53,527 bases of DNA from Phoronis australis (taxonomy: Eukaryota > Animalia > Phoronida): assembly GCA_002633005.1 (NCBI GenBank), contig NMRA01001114.1:1-53527 (forward strand). Direction: 5' to 3'. Position numbers and translations under genes: made by a program. The notes under the pieces are model-generated. The model saw nothing but the letters and a program-made list of their open reading frames with translations, searched no databases and was not told the DNA's origin. This document shows positions 49,276 through 53,527 of this stretch, one piece after another. Positions within the stretch are counted from its first letter, which is position 1. Every line of letters starts with the position of its first letter.

Positions 49276-52200
49276 TTAAGCTGAGCATGGGCGTTTAAAA
49301 ATAAATAAAAACTTTTGAAACTCCACCACGGGTGTTTACCTTGAACAATTTTTTCAGTTAATGCCCAGATAACTGCATTTTACATTCACTACTTCAATTT
49401 TGGGAGCTGATATTCCCTAAGGCATGGGCATCGCATGGGAACAACTCAGAACATCATAAACTAGGGGTCGCATTCAGCGCACCATGGGTGTCAACCCAAA
49501 AGCATGGGTACGGTTGAAATTGTTCAAAAGATAGTACATTTTACTTACCCGTTAATAAACCTATATAGCAGTAGCTGTATAATAATTTATCCATAAAGCT
49601 AGGACCGGTGCTTTGTTATTTGATCTTTAGTTCCTCTTGCTTCAAAAGTTTGACATCTTTTTTGTTCTAATTACAAAGCCTACATGGGAACTGATGCAAA
49701 TGATAACAAGGCTGTGGAAAGTGAAGTAGTTCGTTCCCATCTATGCTTTTGCCTGCAAAAGGGCTCCATCTTCCATAAAATTAAATTGGTTTTGAGCAGC
49801 GAAAAGTGTCACAAGGTTATCTGTGGCCTCACTAATGAATTTGAAGAACACAAGACACAAGGTAATTTATAAATTTTGGAAGAAATTTAAATTGAAAACA
49901 TGGCAAACCTTGTGTCAGTTGAGGCAGTAGTGAATTCAGTGCAGCGCTTGTCATGTAAAAATGAACTCTAGGCAAAATGAGTGTGAGAAGTTTGACAAGA
50001 AATAATGAGTTGAACAAATCGTGTGGACATAAAGAGTAAAACTTGTGAACAGTAGGAGCCTGCTCAATTGTGGCCTGAATTTACATGTAGATTTTAACAG
50101 TATTTTGGAAGTGATTACTATAAACCGTGTCAGCAGCCTGGGTTAACCTGACCTGCAGATTTAATATATAATAGGGTATTCGACAAATACCAACAGCACA
50201 AGTATAAACTATTTAACCTGCAACTTAGTAACAAACCTTGAGTGTAAGAAGCAGCTGTACAGCATTGCTGTGAGGTGATGGTTTTGGGAAGCCTAGAAAG
50301 TGACAAGTGCGGAAAAACATCAGGTAGCCAAGTGACCAAATCAAGCTGACAACATGACAGCATCTGAAACAAAATAAGTTAACTGTTTATACACCAACTT
50401 TTCCATCTCGGAGTTTAGTGCTTAGACGTTTAGCAAAGGGAATGGGATTGGACTAAAGACATAACTTTGCAACTGTTTTGGTTTGTAGCCAAGGCCTGTG
50501 GAACTTTTTGAAGGTTTACTCTGCAGTCCCAACCACCATCAAAATGTCCTGTTTTTTGACACACGACGAAACTGTCCAAGAGCAACATTCTCTGTGGCAC
50601 AGCCTTTCTGTGTTCTTTTTTGACTAGAAAAGAAAAAAAAGAAATGAAAATGCCACCAGAGCGTTATTGCACTTAGAATTTCCTGTTTGAGCAAAATACA
50701 CTACTTTTGCATGCTTTTGGTAGTAAAAGCAATCGCAAATTTTCGTTTGAGGAATAAATGACGCAAAAAAGACAGTTCAGCACTTTTGGATGTTATGTTA
50801 CGTGTAATTTTCCATACAAGTTAAAGACAATAACAGGGCATTTTTGTGTGGTCCGGCATACATTTTCACCTTACGTTTTGGGATAGACGCAGGTGTGTCA
50901 CAATGCCCCGCTTCATAAACTCTTATTGTCATTACCGAGAGCTGCATGATAGGCCAAAAAATGTTCTTTAATTTGCAAGTCATTAGCTTTGTCTGAGAGC
51001 AGATGAGATGAGAGTAGATGAAATTCAGAGCTTGACAAAAAAGAGGGAAATTTTCCAGGCCACAAATAAATAGGCATGTGTGAAAGATGCATTTTTGTGT
51101 TGTAAAATTTAATTGAAATAAACGTTTTTGCATGAATAAATTCAAAATAATGATAAAAGATATGAAAAAAGAGGAAACTAGAAATAATTTTGCCCCTGAG
51201 TGAGACCCTCCTTAGTAAACGAATTGAAAAGGGTAGAGTATTATCTAAGTTAATCTTTTCTCGCCAATGGCCGATGTATACGTTTCAAAACAGTCACTTA
51301 GCATTGAAAAATGTCCCCATGAGACACTTTTCCACCGTTAGAAACGACCCGAGGTTATTTTCGATGTTGACAAACTGACCCTTAGAGTCACTAAAAAACA
51401 TCAAAAAGCAACTTTATACCGGTGGCGTTTTCCAGGAAATGTGTAAATTCATTTCCAAGAAACTGTGTTCCGAAAGCAATAATGACGAAATCACGTATGA
51501 CACACAGGAACAACTGTTTTTGCTGGTCTTGACATGATCTCAGTTTTTATTCATTTCTAATAATTTGTATTTTATGGGGTTTAAACTCTTGGATATTGAG
51601 GAATTGAGTTCTACCAACAACTTTAGAATAATATTCTCTCACAATCATGACGAACAATACTGGCGTTAGTACACTACAGTAAACAAACATGATACATAAC
51701 AAAGATATATAGAACGAAAAGCATACATGAAAACTAGTCACGTCGAAATGTAGCCTTCCTTTCTCATCCTCGTTTCTTTTGTGGATCATAATTTGCTCAA
51801 GTACAGATGATTCTTTCTGTCCATAAAACAGACAGCACGGTCGTGGGTTTTATGAACAAGAGAGACTGCTCATTTAAACCAAAAGATTATGTGTTATTAA
51901 GCTCATAGTACAAATTACGTTTTGTATGCATCGACAAATATTGCAAAGAAAGTAGGTAGTAACCTGCACTTTGTAACTGTGCGTGCCTTAAAACACTCAA
52001 ATACAGTGTCGCGATCTGTGAAAACCTGGTCTTTTGGTGATTCTTATTCCATATACCGCAGTCGGTTTTAATTTTGAAAAAAAATACTTTGATGATGTAA
52101 AGTTGTCAAGCGTTGAATGAATATCTTACGCAGAGCCTAATAAATGAATTGGAAGGTTTGGAAGTACATTTTATTTACTGTTTCTGTGCAGTTCATCGAT

Positions 52201-52623
52201 TAACATGAAAACAAACCCATGTTATGAATCTTGTACTGATAAAGGTAAAATGTTTAAAAAACCAAACCTATCGGAGTTGTGCAGCCTGTAAATGCTATAT
52301 ATGTAAGTATCGTCATGCAGAGAGCCACTGAAGAAGATTCAAAACCTTAAATTAATTACTAAACAAAACACAAGAACTAAAATTAAGGTGGTTTATGTCA
52401 GAAAACAATGTTAAACAATATTTATTCACTCAATGTAAATGAATTTAATTAAAACCCAACACCGAAGTTATTAGTTAAGATCTAAATTCATGTGTTACCG
52501 CAAACATTTAACAATGCAGAATCACACGAGTGATGTAACCTTAAGCACAACTTAGATGTATGGTGGGACAGCACAGGTTAGAATCATTCGAAAACGTGCA
52601 TGTGCCTCCGTTTCCTTGATACA

Positions 52624-53505
52624 GAAACTATTTGACCAAATGTACGGAATTTCACCAAAGAAATCAAAATATAGAAAGCGCAACCACAGGGGCCAGCAAT
52701 AATCCAAACATCAAAAAAAATTCATGTGACGTCAGCCATTGTTATAACCACAGAAATATATTTGAAAAAACTAATGTACTAAGCCCCTTGATGGAGTTCA
52801 CGAGTTACACTCTGTTGACTGTCCGTAGTCAAGGATTGTAAAATACGAGATGGTATATTTTTTCCATTGTATCTTCCTTGAAAACAAACACAAAACACAA
52901 ATTTTTTATATTTTTTTTCTTCATAGTCACGCAGAAACTGATAAGGAAGTATTATCTGAAATCACTAGCATCCCACAAACTGGTCCCCAAAGCACCTCGA
53001 AATGGCTATACACAAAAATTGGCATAGTTTATCGTCATTTTGGCGTTCCAACTAAGGTTAACGGAAACTTGTTTGAAAAGGCAAACTGTCTTCGGATAGA
53101 GAGGCCCAGTTTTCACAAAAATATAAAACATTTTTTTACTACCTTCCATTTGAACCGTTTTAAAACTACATCACTTACTAAACATAGTTGAACCAAAGAT
53201 GAACTATTTTGGGCCAAAATATTGACAACGCTCCAACTTAAAAAATACTGGCCGGATAATTAGAAAAAACTTTTTGAATATATCTCACCAGGATGTACGA
53301 AGGCGCATTTTTTCAAGATCTGAAGCGATGACCCTACAGTCGACCTCGTGGGATGGCAGTTAATAATGCTAAGAAAATGCTCAGTTAAAGCTTAGAGCAA
53401 ATTTATCACCGACGGCGAGTCTTCATGACCCATTTTTCTTCAAAAGTTTCATATCTGAAATATTTCACGATTTAAATGAACTTCTTTGCCCACCATTTCC
53501 TTCCC
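52624..53505 (-). repeat. Dispersed repeat, inverted copy of 15708-16540
   Basis: Same reverse-complement alignment as 15708-16540. May continue beyond the window end. Confidence 0.85.
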
Positions 53506-53527
53506 GTACCCAACGTTTCCCCCCTCT

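Noticed and set aside
49300-52600. Short ORFs downstream of the MAEA-like locus
   Set aside because: No recognisable motifs or consistent splice structure. Treated as ordinary intergenic or decayed repeat DNA.

Overview
AT-rich, repeat-dense eukaryotic (probably invertebrate metazoan) genomic DNA from a draft assembly, with single-N joins at 1138, 11403, 14542, 15707, 21561, 30044, 32820 and 44785. The only clearly recognisable host gene is a + strand MAEA/GID9 homologue (CTLH E3 ligase subunit) at 18861-48141, and it looks disrupted. Its second exon is split by a ~19.5 kb nested insertion bounded by direct repeats. The end of that exon and the LisH exon are missing at a (TC)n tract, and one exon carries a +1 frameshift just upstream of a U12-type (minor spliceosome) intron. 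The rest is mobile DNA: a decayed L1/Tx1-like LINE, an internally deleted short-LTR Gypsy element with a 5-bp TSD, a Sola3-like transposase relic, spliced exons of a cysteine-rich KDZ-like transposase, THAP relics, several MITEs, a 174-bp hairpin satellite and a 32-bp minisatellite. No prokaryotic features, CRISPR arrays, rRNA or intact tRNA genes were seen. Family assignments come from motif recognition by eye, not from database searches.
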